Shown: piece after piece, positions 44,826 to 53,718 of the stretch
How the letters are laid out: every line of letters starts with the position of its first letter
Position numbering within the stretch: the first letter of the stretch is position 1
Virus record (IMG/VR): IMGVR_UViG_3300047457_000394
Reading direction: 5' to 3' (one strand)
Length of the DNA stretch: 64,000 bases
Source of the DNA: an uncultured virus (IMG/VR IMGVR_UViG_3300047457_000394)
Taxonomy: Duplodnaviria; Heunggongvirae; Uroviricota; Caudoviricetes
The notes under the pieces: generated by a model
The model's database searches: none
What the model was told of the DNA's origin: nothing
What the model saw: the letters and a program-made list of their open reading frames with translations, nothing else
Position numbers and translations under genes: made by a program

Positions 44826-47685
44826 CAGCGTCGTCTCGAAGCTGGCTTGTAAAGTTGCTAGTTGTGACTCCAAGTTCTTCGGCAATGAAGCAGTATGACC
44901 GGGTGACTCCGGCTTCAAAACCAAGAATGGCTCCAGCTCCGATTCGCTTTGAGGTGGCGAGTCCTCCATGTTTCATCATCCCTCGTTCATTCCACTCCTT
45001 GATAGCCTGACGAAAGTCAACCTGCCGCTCAGTTAAAAACTCTCTAAGCACATTACCGGGTACCCACAGCTCACCCGTGTCGGGTTCGAATCGCATGCGA
45101 AGCTCCATGCGTGGTGTCTGTAGCGCAGCCGGTGGGATGCCATTGATCTTATTGACGTTGATGACCAGTGCGTTAGTCAAATTCTGGTTGATGAATGTTG
45201 AGAGCACATCATCCGTCACAGCACCGAAGTCCGATGCGGGCAGCAGAATTTCACGACGTATGGTGGCGACCTGTTCAACGGCGTAGCGGTACACCGGTGC
45301 GATCGGTATGCTGTGTAGGCTCAGTGTGCTAGCGATCATCCCACCTGCGATGATGCAGGACAGCACGTGTGAATAGAACCGATCAGACTGGTCTAGGTCA
45401 AGGTCTGCGTCCAGGCGCTTCTGAGTGTCGCTGATAAGCTTGCGAACACTCTCCATGTTGTTCATGACGTACTGGATAAAGATCGGACCTGCGAGTCCGT
45501 AGTTGTGCTGCAGCTCACTAAATACCGCATCTGTTGTTGCCTTCGGTATGTTCAGCGGGCGCAGTACACGCAGCTCAATCAAACGACGTAGCTCGCCATC
45601 GGCGGTGTTCTTGAGCCGGATGAGTTTGTCGTACAGCGATGAGTTGCTGGACATGATGAGGAACGTAGACCACGAGGCTGTGTTGACTCGCAGGCGGTTG
45701 CTCTGAGACTCCATGCGGTTCCTGCCACGACCTTGCGGGATGTCATAAACAAGCTCTGACAACGCCTCATCAGACATGTTGGTCACTTCATCCATCGTGG
45801 CGGCAATCGTGTTGAGCATGCCTAGCCACTGCATCTTGGCTAACGTCGTATCGTTCTTACGCATGAGCAACCCGTTGGGATGCCCGAAGATGCTGTTGAC
45901 GACCATCTGCACAGTGGTCTTGCCGGTGCCCGACTTGTTGCTCATCAAGTTGATAGCAGCACCGCGAATCTCTACACCACCTACCAACTTCAACAGAGGA
46001 GCACCGAACCCAGCGAACACCGCCAACGCATGCGCTTCCATGCCGCTTTGAGAATAGAAGTTAACGATGTTCTTCCAGCTTTCCAAAGTGCCACGCGAAG
46101 TAAGAAGCGAAGAGACTTCACGCACTGCAGTAGATGATGGTGCGAGTGTGGCACCCGATGCTGTGTACTCAAGCTCACCCACTACAAACCCATCAAGGTC
46201 TTTGGTCCAGCCCATCTGATTGCGCGTACGGTTTGCAGCCCCACGCTGCTGCAGTTTCTTAAACGACGCTGCAAAATACGCCATGATGTCATCTACCTTT
46301 TTATTGACCACCGCCACGCCCTGCTTGAGCAGCGCGTCACGTAGCTTCTCTTTCACTAACAGAACATAAACCGGCACAATGATGCGCCGCACACCATCGT
46401 GGGGCGAGTGGATATTGATACCCACCATCTCACCGTCCCCTGTGCCGGAGTCGTCGTAGTCATAGAACCGGTCTGTTAGATAGAGGTCATAAGGGTAGAT
46501 TTCAGTCTCGTGTGGGTCGCCATCCTCATCTTTGGTACGTTTAAACACACCGCCTGTCGTTGGGCGGAAATAGGGCGCAGGGTAGATTGGTATAGCAACG
46601 GTTACCGGTGTGTTGTTGGTCTCAGTATTCGTAGGCTCTGGCACAGCCTCAACAACATAAGTGTCATCTGTCACCGGCGCTTCTTCAATCTTGATGCCCA
46701 ACTGTATAGGGCTTGTGATCTTATGAGCGCACCCCTCACATGCCGAGGGATTATTCATGCGGTACCACTCGCACGTCATGGGGCCAAGAGTTTTCTCAGC
46801 CTTAGCGATAGTGTCCTCGGGCGTGTACTCTGGGTGTGGCTTACTGAGCGTATGCACACTCTCTTCGGCGTCAACACAACGCCACGCAATCGATAGCGCC
46901 GCCCGCCACAGCGGCTCCGGCAGTGCTGCTGCCTCTTTAACAGCGTGTGCAATCTGAGCGCACCCCGTGCCCTTGAGGCTTCGACGTACTAAGCGAGCAA
47001 ACGATGTAGGGGGGAAGTCGGCTTGCGCATGCTGCCGCGTGAAGTCATCCATGCCAAACTGTTTGGCTTCGCTAAGATCGATCTCAGGCTCAGGCAGTTG
47101 CGGCTCAATGTCCGACAGATCGAACGACCGCACGGTACCGAAGAGCTTCACCGCAAGGGGTGGTGTCGATTTGAAGTTATGTGTGTCCGGCATCCGCAGG
47201 ACCCGTGCCGCATCAGCAGGTACGGCGGTATCGATCTCAAGGCCGTTATCCAAACACAACTTCTTAAAGCGCTTCGCAAGCTTGCGCCACTCACCGGCAG
47301 GTATAGCATCGTTCAACGGCCAATAGGCATGCAGCCCGCGCCCCGAGGATACAACGACCGGCAGTGGTATGTCTGCGTTAATACAGAACTTTTTCAGCGC
47401 GTCGTACGCATCAGCCTGCACTGCGTAGGGCTTACCTTCGCCGCAGTCAAGGTCAAGGAAAAACGCACGGAGATACGCAGCGTTCTCTGCGGAGCGCGTT
47501 GTAGGCTCGTTGAATGACGCTAACGCAAAGTATGCGTTTATGTTTGATCGATTGAGTTCGTCCCCACGTTCAATAACCTCCTCGATTGTGTTATGGAATG
47601 TTTGCTTGACCGCTTTGTCATTGATCCCTACAACGCAGTAAGGCCCAACGGGCGGCAGAATGGCTTCATAGAATTGTGTACTCAC
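44722..47685 (-). CDS. Primase-helicase (RepB/AEP-like N-terminus plus DUF927 and P-loop domain)
   Basis: FLDLDCG, SSGRGLHAYW, RVLRMPDT.N.K; NQMGW; Walker A SGTGKTT; MDEVTN. Confidence 0.85.
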   Translation of the reverse strand: MSTQFYEAILPPVGPYCVVGINDKAVKQTFHNTIEEVIERGDELNRSNINAYFALASFNEPTTRSAENAAYLRAFFLDLDCGEGKPYAVQADAYDALKKFCINADIPLPVVVSSGRGLHAYWPLNDAIPAGEWRKLAKRFKKLCLDNGLEIDTAVPADAARVLRMPDTHNFKSTPPLAVKLFGTVRSFDLSDIEPQLPEPEIDLSEAKQFGMDDFTRQHAQADFPPTSFARLVRRSLKGTGCAQIAHAVKEAAALPEPLWRAALSIAWRCVDAEESVHTLSKPHPEYTPEDTIAKAEKTLGPMTCEWYRMNNPSACEGCAHKITSPIQLGIKIEEAPVTDDTYVVEAVPEPTNTETNNTPVTVAIPIYPAPYFRPTTGGVFKRTKDEDGDPHETEIYPYDLYLTDRFYDYDDSGTGDGEMVGINIHSPHDGVRRIIVPVYVLLVKEKLRDALLKQGVAVVNKKVDDIMAYFAASFKKLQQRGAANRTRNQMGWTKDLDGFVVGELEYTASGATLAPSSTAVREVSSLLTSRGTLESWKNIVNFYSQSGMEAHALAVFAGFGAPLLKLVGGVEIRGAAINLMSNKSGTGKTTVQMVVNSIFGHPNGLLMRKNDTTLAKMQWLGMLNTIAATMDEVTNMSDEALSELVYDIPQGRGRNRMESQSNRLRVNTASWSTFLIMSSNSSLYDKLIRLKNTADGELRRLIELRVLRPLNIPKATTDAVFSELQHNYGLAGPIFIQYVMNNMESVRKLISDTQKRLDADLDLDQSDRFYSHVLSCIIAGGMIASTLSLHSIPIAPVYRYAVEQVATIRREILLPASDFGAVTDDVLSTFINQNLTNALVINVNKINGIPPAALQTPRMELRMRFEPDTGELWVPGNVLREFLTERQVDFRQAIKEWNERGMMKHGGLATSKRIGAGAILGFEAGVTRSYCFIAEELGVTTSNFTSQLRDDAGEATQPDRTPAGPDTVPEPVRGEVLDSLGGDEHR

Positions 47686-47689
47686 AGTG

Positions 47690-47780
47690 CCCCACGGTGA
47701 TTGGCACACGGGTAAAAAGGCGGGGCAGCAGCCCGTGGTCTGCTGTGTCAGGGAGGGATCAGCCCCCTCAAGCCCCTGGG
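47690..47780 (-). ncRNA. Candidate cis-regulatory structured leader of the primase
   Basis: Three-way junction followed by U5; loop CCACGGG is complementary to two downstream sites, one at the RBS. Confidence 0.45.
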
Positions 47781-47784
47781 GTCG

Positions 47785-48042
47785 CTATACTACGCCAACA
47801 GTTCTGTAGCGTTCAAGTAGCACCTTGATCTGCGTCTCCATCGAACTACGCGGTTTGAAGCGCCCAGTGAACCATGAGTACACCGAGTGCCGCGCTACAC
47901 CAAGGTCTTTAGCTACTTTAGTCGCTGGGATGTTGTGCTCAATGCAGAACAGCCCCAGCTGCACCCCTGGCAAGTTCGGGTCTGCGTTACGTATGGCAGT
48001 GACCATAACGTATGAGTATCCCCGTGCATCATTCTTCATCAT
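47785..48042 (-). CDS. XRE/Cro-type helix-turn-helix protein
   Basis: TKVAKDLGVARHSVYSWFTG. Confidence 0.8.
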   Translation of the reverse strand: MMKNDARGYSYVMVTAIRNADPNLPGVQLGLFCIEHNIPATKVAKDLGVARHSVYSWFTGRFKPRSSMETQIKVLLERYRTVGVV

Positions 48043-48916
48043 CAGAACTCCACTGAGCCAGCACATCCTTCACGTCCTTGGGGGCCGCAGCAGGCTCAGC
48101 CTTTTTGCTCTCACGCTTGGCTGGTGCAGGCGCAGGTGCTTCGACCACTGCAGCCGTAGCTTCGGGCGTAAAGCTTTCAGGTAGTGCCGGTACGTTTGCC
48201 GCTACGTTGGTTGTGCTGAACTTCGTCTCAATCGCACGTTGGGCATCCTCAGTCTTGCCTTGCTGCCGAGACATCTCCCACTCGGGCTTCGTCAATGGAC
48301 GCACTGCACGGAACTTCAACACCGGCACAGACTCACTGGTATCGAAGCGAGCTTCCGTCACAACGCCGCCCATGGGGATGCCGTGGCCTGACAAGAACTT
48401 TGCGTACGCTTGGAAAGGCATCTTCTCGCCCTCGGGCTTGCCGAAGTATGACTTCGACGGAAGCTTCAAGCGATACACGTTGCCTTGCATGTCACCCTCA
48501 AGCACCACAGCGGTGTTCAAAAAGAACCGGCATGCACGGGACTTGCCTTCACCAGAGCCTTCGATGTTCTGAGGACACGTGGCACATGCCGAGGACTGCG
48601 GGTTTTTGATCGACGCATCAGGTGTCTTGCTATCTGCAGACCAGCAGTCAGGTGCCGTGGCTTGGCCTTTGACATAGCTACCCGCGTAGTACGCACGAGA
48701 TACGCTAGGGGCAGCGTTAACAACTACAAAGTTCATAGCGCGATCTTCGTTCTTGGCGATCTCCTCGCCACCCACGATCATGCGCCACACACCACCATCG
48801 ATCGAGATTGACTTGCCTTGCGGGGTGCCAGCTAGACGGCGCGTGAAGTCGTCCTCATCAGAACGCAGATAGTCAGGCAGGGCAGCACCAGATTTGAATA
48901 GAGTGATCTCAGACAT
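48029..48916 (-). CDS. Putative ssDNA-binding/annealing protein with Cys cluster
   Basis: PDCWS.D, CATCPQNI.GS...RACR; acidic tail WSSDDEE. Confidence 0.55.
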   Translation of the reverse strand: MSEITLFKSGAALPDYLRSDEDDFTRRLAGTPQGKSISIDGGVWRMIVGGEEIAKNEDRAMNFVVVNAAPSVSRAYYAGSYVKGQATAPDCWSADSKTPDASIKNPQSSACATCPQNIEGSGEGKSRACRFFLNTAVVLEGDMQGNVYRLKLPSKSYFGKPEGEKMPFQAYAKFLSGHGIPMGGVVTEARFDTSESVPVLKFRAVRPLTKPEWEMSRQQGKTEDAQRAIETKFSTTNVAANVPALPESFTPEATAAVVEAPAPAPAKRESKKAEPAAAPKDVKDVLAQWSSDDEE

Positions 48917-48926
48917 TTCAGTTTCC

Positions 48927-49316
48927 TTACTTGGTTGCACGACGAATAATGATGGAATACTTCGAATCAGCATTTAGACCTTGCGGTAGTTCTCCTGGGT
49001 TTTCAGTTAAGAATTGCTTCATGTGTGATTGATGGATTCGTTGCTCAAGCAGTTGGATCGCGTCGTGTTTTTTGATGAAGCCGTACATCGAGTCCCAGTC
49101 GTTGGTCCAGTACCGGGTCTTGACTGAACGGGAAAATGTGCCGTACACAGTCTTGCCACCATCTTGCCCGGTGGCTTTGCATATCTCTAAAAGAGCTTGT
49201 TCGATGGTCTCCATCTGCTCGTCGATCTCCCCCGCCTTCGCTTCGTACTCCCGCTTCAGTGCGTCCTTCGCGTCCCGCATCTTGATGTAGACGCTTACCA
49301 GTTTCGTTGCATCCAT
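48927..49316 (-). CDS. Conserved replication-module protein
   Basis: AAAGGAG RBS; YIKMRD, DWDSMYGFI. Confidence 0.75.
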   Translation of the reverse strand: MDATKLVSVYIKMRDAKDALKREYEAKAGEIDEQMETIEQALLEICKATGQDGGKTVYGTFSRSVKTRYWTNDWDSMYGFIKKHDAIQLLEQRIHQSHMKQFLTENPGELPQGLNADSKYSIIIRRATK

Positions 49317-49345
49317 TATGTTCTCCTTTGTGAAGTGAGATAGTC

Positions 49346-49373
49346 ATTTTACACTGTTGATCAACCATGTCAA
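49346..49373 (-). promoter_or_regulatory. sigma70-type promoter
   Basis: TTGACA, 16 bp spacer containing palindrome GTTGATCAAC, TAAAAT. Confidence 0.65.
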
Positions 49374-50920
49374 GCAATTTCCTCTTCATAAAGCTGTACC
49401 AGCGCTTGGTGCATATCCAATTTCCCATCCAATAACGCGTAAATCCTTTTCTCCACAGGGCTCCCCTGCAGGCGTACAACCGTCACTGGGTTGCGCTGCC
49501 CCGCTCGGTGTGCTCGCGCATTACCTTGCATATACAGCTCCGCCGACGGCACTGGCCCCCACCACACCACGGTGTCTGCCTTGGTCAACGTCACACCATG
49601 CGCCGCAGCTTGAGGGATCAGTAGGATCACCTTGGGGTCCGTCTCAGTCTGGAACTGTTTGATGAACGTCGCCCGCAGACTTCCTGGTGTGCCGCCGTGG
49701 ATCGCTGCGTTAGTGATGCCGTCTTTCGATAGCAGCTCCGTTAGTCGCTCTAGCACGTGCCGGAAGGGGACGAACACAATCACTTTGTGCGTGGTGCCAC
49801 GCACCACATCCAGCAGCTCGTTGTAACGGTTTGTGATATCGAACTCGATGACTTCGCGCTCTGTAGAGTACGCGCTGCCTTGGGATACCTGCAGAAGTTT
49901 ATTGAGTAGCCCTGCTGCGTTGACTGCGGTGATCTGTTCGCCCGCTGCGGTAGCCATCATGTTCTTGCGGATGACTTCGTAATACTGCAGTTGTTGTTTG
50001 GTCAGCGGCACATCGCGTGTGGTGTAGAGCATGTCCGGCAGGTCGAGGCACTCCTCCTTGGTGAACCGGATGGCAGGCTGCAGCACACGATGGACAGTCT
50101 CCGCTGCAGAGGCTTTGGGTATCCATTTGAACTGCGTTACCTTGTACATCACTTGATCACGAAACGCCCCGAAGAATCGTGGTACCGACGCCGGGTTGAC
50201 GATCTTAGCTAGACCATACGCATCCACAGGCGACTGCGCAGCCGGGGTGCCAGTCATAAGCCATATGTATGTCTTGGGCAGCACCAGTGAGGCTAGTGCT
50301 TTCCATCGGTCTGTGGTTGCTGATTTAATCGCAGTCGCTTCGTCCACGATGATGAGATCAAACTGTTGCTTAGCGAGCGCCTCGCGCACAACCTTAACGC
50401 CATCGAAGTTGATGATGGTGAAGTCATACCCGCCACGCACAATCTCTTCGCGTCTACGACGACTACCAACCGCAAGCGCCACCGTGCGGTGCATAACTGT
50501 CTTGAACAAATCTGACCGCCACGCCGTATCCATGATCGACACCGGGCACACAATCAGCACCCGCTTGACAACCCCCACCGTCATGAGATAGTCCGCAGCC
50601 CACGCAGCGGCAGACGTTTTCCCGGTGCCTGCCTCGTTCAAACAGAAGCAACGAGGGTGTGTGGCAAGGAACGCAGCAGTCGTACGTTGATGATCAAACG
50701 GGGTGTAGATACCGGGCCACTTGTAGCGCCCGAGGATAGGGTTAGGTACGTTCTTGATGCGCAGGTTGCGTAAGATTCGCGCTTCGTCAAACCCCCAGTG
50801 CACGAGGATTTCACCAACCTCGCCTTCCTTGCGCAGCAGCTTGCTCTTGGGTATGAGCTTTGTGATTTGCTCCGCCTTCTTGGTGCGGATGAGTAATGCC
50901 TTGTTGTCGATGATCTGCAC
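49370..50920 (-). CDS. SNF2-like (SF2) helicase
   Basis: EAGTGKT, IVDEAT, MTGTP, QGNARAHRAGQ. Confidence 0.9.
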   Translation of the reverse strand: MQIIDNKALLIRTKKAEQITKLIPKSKLLRKEGEVGEILVHWGFDEARILRNLRIKNVPNPILGRYKWPGIYTPFDHQRTTAAFLATHPRCFCLNEAGTGKTSAAAWAADYLMTVGVVKRVLIVCPVSIMDTAWRSDLFKTVMHRTVALAVGSRRRREEIVRGGYDFTIINFDGVKVVREALAKQQFDLIIVDEATAIKSATTDRWKALASLVLPKTYIWLMTGTPAAQSPVDAYGLAKIVNPASVPRFFGAFRDQVMYKVTQFKWIPKASAAETVHRVLQPAIRFTKEECLDLPDMLYTTRDVPLTKQQLQYYEVIRKNMMATAAGEQITAVNAAGLLNKLLQVSQGSAYSTEREVIEFDITNRYNELLDVVRGTTHKVIVFVPFRHVLERLTELLSKDGITNAAIHGGTPGSLRATFIKQFQTETDPKVILLIPQAAAHGVTLTKADTVVWWGPVPSAELYMQGNARAHRAGQRNPVTVVRLQGSPVEKRIYALLDGKLDMHQALVQLYEEEIA

Positions 50921-50982
50921 AGACTCTCCAAATGTTTAATAGCCGAGGTGCGGTCTGCACTCGGCGTTTGTTATGTGTCTCC

Positions 50983-51016
50983 AAAAAAGCGAGGTGACTG
51001 GGGGGAGTCACCTCGC
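50983..51016 (-). terminator. Rho-independent terminator
   Basis: 11-bp stem GCGAGGTGACT/AGTCACCTCGC followed by T6. Confidence 0.85.
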
Positions 51017-51055
51017 AAACCAACTTCACAAGGAGAGTCCGGGGAGACGCCGGAC
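50983..51055 (-). ncRNA. Candidate ~70-nt sRNA/attenuator with anti-SD (CUCC) segments
   Basis: Lies between a consensus promoter and an intrinsic terminator; three C-rich stretches. Confidence 0.6.
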
Positions 51056-51061
51056 CTCACA

Positions 51062-51090
51062 AGCCTACGTGGTCACACGTAGACTGTCAA
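51062..51090 (-). promoter_or_regulatory. sigma70-type promoter with internal palindrome
   Basis: TTGACA, 17 bp spacer, TAGGCT; inverted repeat CTACGTG-N4-CACGTAG at 51065-51082. Confidence 0.75.
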
Positions 51091-51342
51091 CTACTTCATG
51101 CCCGCTTTACGGGTTCTCGGGAAGCTACGGTTCGCACTCTTAGATACCGCGCGCAAGTTCCCCTTCGTAGTCCCACCGCCCTTGGCCATCGGCGTCACAT
51201 GGTCAACGTCTTTACCATCGCCCTTACTGACTCGGCCTTCTTTCTCCAGCATGCGCCGAGCTTTGTTACGTGCAGCGCGGTTAGCGATCTGCTCAGGCTT
51301 GCCTTGGTACGAGTCATACTCGTTGCGGTAGTTACGTGCCAT
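51091..51342 (-). CDS. Small HNH endonuclease-like protein
   Basis: KDVDH..P..KGG....NL......NR. Confidence 0.8.
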   Translation of the reverse strand: MARNYRNEYDSYQGKPEQIANRAARNKARRMLEKEGRVSKGDGKDVDHVTPMAKGGGTTKGNLRAVSKSANRSFPRTRKAGMK

Positions 51343-51345
51343 ACA

Positions 51346-51999
51346 TCACCTATGCTCACAAACGTCCTGTGAGACAGGACAAAATTTACACAGCCCACTG
51401 GGCGTGGCATTCCAAACATCGACCGCTACAGTATCCTCAATCGCTGCCGCATGTCCTGCCCATCGAGATAAAATGTCCGGCATGTGCTCACGATAATACC
51501 GAGCTTGGATCACATCCCCCGGCACAAGGAAGAACAGCATCGCCTTTACCTTCAGCACACTGGGATGGTGCGCCATCGTCATAGCCGCCATGAGTTCTAA
51601 CTGCGATGTATCTGCATAGCGACTCGATTTGCCTGTCTTCCAATCTGCTAACCACGCGATCTCATTGTTGACCACCAGCAGGTCAGGGATACCTCGGAAC
51701 CACACGTCCTTATCGAAGAACCCGCAAGGTGTGAAGTCCTTGCGAAGCCCCAACTTTTCTTCACAGAACCGTTGCCCAGGCATATCACGAATGCCTTCAA
51801 GCACCTCAGTGTGCCGTTGCAGATGTTCCGGTAGCTCCGTGCCGTCCTTGAGAAACTTCTCAATCGCTTCGTGCACAAGATTGCCGTATGTCGTAGCTTC
51901 GGTGGGTTGAGACTTAAACCGTTTGAGGATTCGAACCTGCTGGTACCGCCGTGCACAACCTTGGAAGTCTTTGATCGATGAGTGTGAGTGTATGAGCAT
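51346..51999 (-). CDS. PD-(D/E)XK exonuclease (Cas4/RecB-like)
   Basis: S.SSI..F..C, GNLVH, GIPDL, DWKTGK, QL, CKFCP....C. Confidence 0.85.
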   Translation of the reverse strand: MLIHSHSSIKDFQGCARRYQQVRILKRFKSQPTEATTYGNLVHEAIEKFLKDGTELPEHLQRHTEVLEGIRDMPGQRFCEEKLGLRKDFTPCGFFDKDVWFRGIPDLLVVNNEIAWLADWKTGKSSRYADTSQLELMAAMTMAHHPSVLKVKAMLFFLVPGDVIQARYYREHMPDILSRWAGHAAAIEDTVAVDVWNATPSGLCKFCPVSQDVCEHR

Positions 52000-52013
52000 G
52001 ATTGTGTTTACAT

Positions 52014-52964
52014 TTAGCAATCCCCGTATGATGCACCCCACCCTACCTCACATGCAAGGGGGAGCGTTTTAGCCCACGCCGGTCGCCACGACATACATTC
52101 CTCAACATATTTCACGGCTTCTTCAACCTGCGCCTCGGGTGCGACACAGGCAACCGCATCATGGACAGTCAACACCACCTTGTACCGCTTGGCGATGCGC
52201 AGCATCTGCTCAGCCACGATGCACCGCGCGATCCCCTGGCAAAAATTCTCCACACTTTTGCCTCCGTATATGTCGATCACCTGCCCACGTGAGTCGTACA
52301 CCCACCGCAAGGTGCCGTCATCCCGGCGCTCCTGCCGAAGCCCTGGGTACTGAATGTGTGTACCGTTCGGAAGCGTAAGCCCCACGCCCGGCATAGCCTT
52401 CACGATATTCTGCCGGTCCACAACCATCGGCATATGCGCCGCCAGCATCGAGAGCGCAACGTCTGCAGTTTTCCATAGCTCAGGTATGCAGTAGTACGTC
52501 CGTCGATAGGTATCTACTATGCGCTTGGCTTCCGCATCGTCCACCACAACGCCCGCACCCGTCTTCAGGAAGAGCTGTAGCTTCTTGTGCCCGACTCCAT
52601 AACCACAACCTAACACAGTTGACTTTCCAATGAACCGTTGTTCTTTTGTTATCTGGTCAGGCGCAACCCCGTAGATATGCGAAGCCATGATGCGATACAC
52701 GTCTTGCTTTTGTTCAAACGCATCAACGAGGTCTTGCTGCCCCGCTAACCACGCCAGCGTCCGCGCTTCGATCTGTGAGGAGTCTGAATCAATCACCACG
52801 TAACCGGGCGGCGCTTTGATAGCTTTCTTGATCTTGCCTGCGTTAGCTGTGCGTGATGGAAGGTTTTGAAGGTTAACCGAATCAGAGTTGTGTACCAATC
52901 TACCGTTAGCTACAAACCTATGCCTCGGCCCGCAGTTTTTGATGTCGTATACCGCAACCAACAT
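52014..52964 (-). CDS. polA: DNA polymerase A, C-terminal half with 26-aa split-intein IntC
   Basis: AAAGGAG RBS; MLVAVYDI...RFVANGRLVHN then SDSVNLQNLP; motifs DSSQIEAR, K...LG..YG, TVHDA. Confidence 0.9.
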   Translation of the reverse strand: MLVAVYDIKNCGPRHRFVANGRLVHNSDSVNLQNLPSRTANAGKIKKAIKAPPGYVVIDSDSSQIEARTLAWLAGQQDLVDAFEQKQDVYRIMASHIYGVAPDQITKEQRFIGKSTVLGCGYGVGHKKLQLFLKTGAGVVVDDAEAKRIVDTYRRTYYCIPELWKTADVALSMLAAHMPMVVDRQNIVKAMPGVGLTLPNGTHIQYPGLRQERRDDGTLRWVYDSRGQVIDIYGGKSVENFCQGIARCIVAEQMLRIAKRYKVVLTVHDAVACVAPEAQVEEAVKYVEECMSWRPAWAKTLPLACEVGWGASYGDC

Positions 52965-53718
52965 GTTTTCTCCTTTGTAAAATTTCGTCGTCTGTAAAGC
53001 CTTTATGTATCCACTGACGAACGGTTTCATAAGTGATGTCACTTCGCTGCGCTAGGATAGCTCGTACCCGCTCCCCCATAGTGGTTCGTTTGTATTGGCG
53101 TTTGTTTCTTGCTTGTTCCGAACGCGTGGCCCATCTCAGATTCCCAGGTTCGTAGTGCCGGTTGTTATCGATCCGATCTAACGAGTGTGCCGGCGTAGGT
53201 CTAGGGCCCAGGTTGTAGAGTATCCATTCGACTGCGCTTCTAATACTCGGGAATCTAAACTCAATGCCTCTACCGCCATAATTTTCATAGACGACGTTTT
53301 TGGGGTTTGTACAGCGACCTTTAGCCCCCACAGCGGTAGCCCTAGTGCGCTGTATATCTTCAACAGAAAACCGTTGTCGTAGCGGGTCATTCAGGAGGGT
53401 CTCGGCCAAAACCTCTAATGCTACTGCAGAGGCAACGGTAGCTTGGCGCCTACGTTCTTCAGGGTCCATTCGTGCCATTTTTGCTCGGCTAGAGCAGGAC
53501 CTGCAAAACTTAGAGTTACCGCTTAGGAGGTCACTAACCCTTAGCGCTCGCTCAACCCCGCAAGCACATCTGCACAAAACCCTATCTTTTGTAGTTACGA
53601 ATAAGTCTCCTAGCGGTGTCCACGTCGTCTTGGGTAGGGCTTCGAGGAGTTTGGATTTTGTGGCCTCCCTGCATCGCATCTCGTAAGCTAATCTCGCCGG
53701 CGTCTGTGAATACGACAT
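52918..53718 (-). CDS. HNH homing endonuclease between the split polA halves
   Basis: CRCACG..CRSC, NYGGRGI, SLDRIDNN..YEPGNLRWAT..EQ..N. Confidence 0.85.
   Translation of the reverse strand: MSYSQTPARLAYEMRCREATKSKLLEALPKTTWTPLGDLFVTTKDRVLCRCACGVERALRVSDLLSGNSKFCRSCSSRAKMARMDPEERRRQATVASAVALEVLAETLLNDPLRQRFSVEDIQRTRATAVGAKGRCTNPKNVVYENYGGRGIEFRFPSIRSAVEWILYNLGPRPTPAHSLDRIDNNRHYEPGNLRWATRSEQARNKRQYKRTTMGERVRAILAQRSDITYETVRQWIHKGFTDDEILQRRKHVGCGIRHQKLRAEA

Noticed and set aside
47690..47780. Hammerhead in the primase leader
   Set aside because: Has CUGA in a three-way junction but lacks CUGANGA and GAAA
51346..51999. CRISPR-associated Cas4
   Set aside because: Sits in a replication module with no array or other cas genes; an ordinary phage PD-(D/E)XK exonuclease
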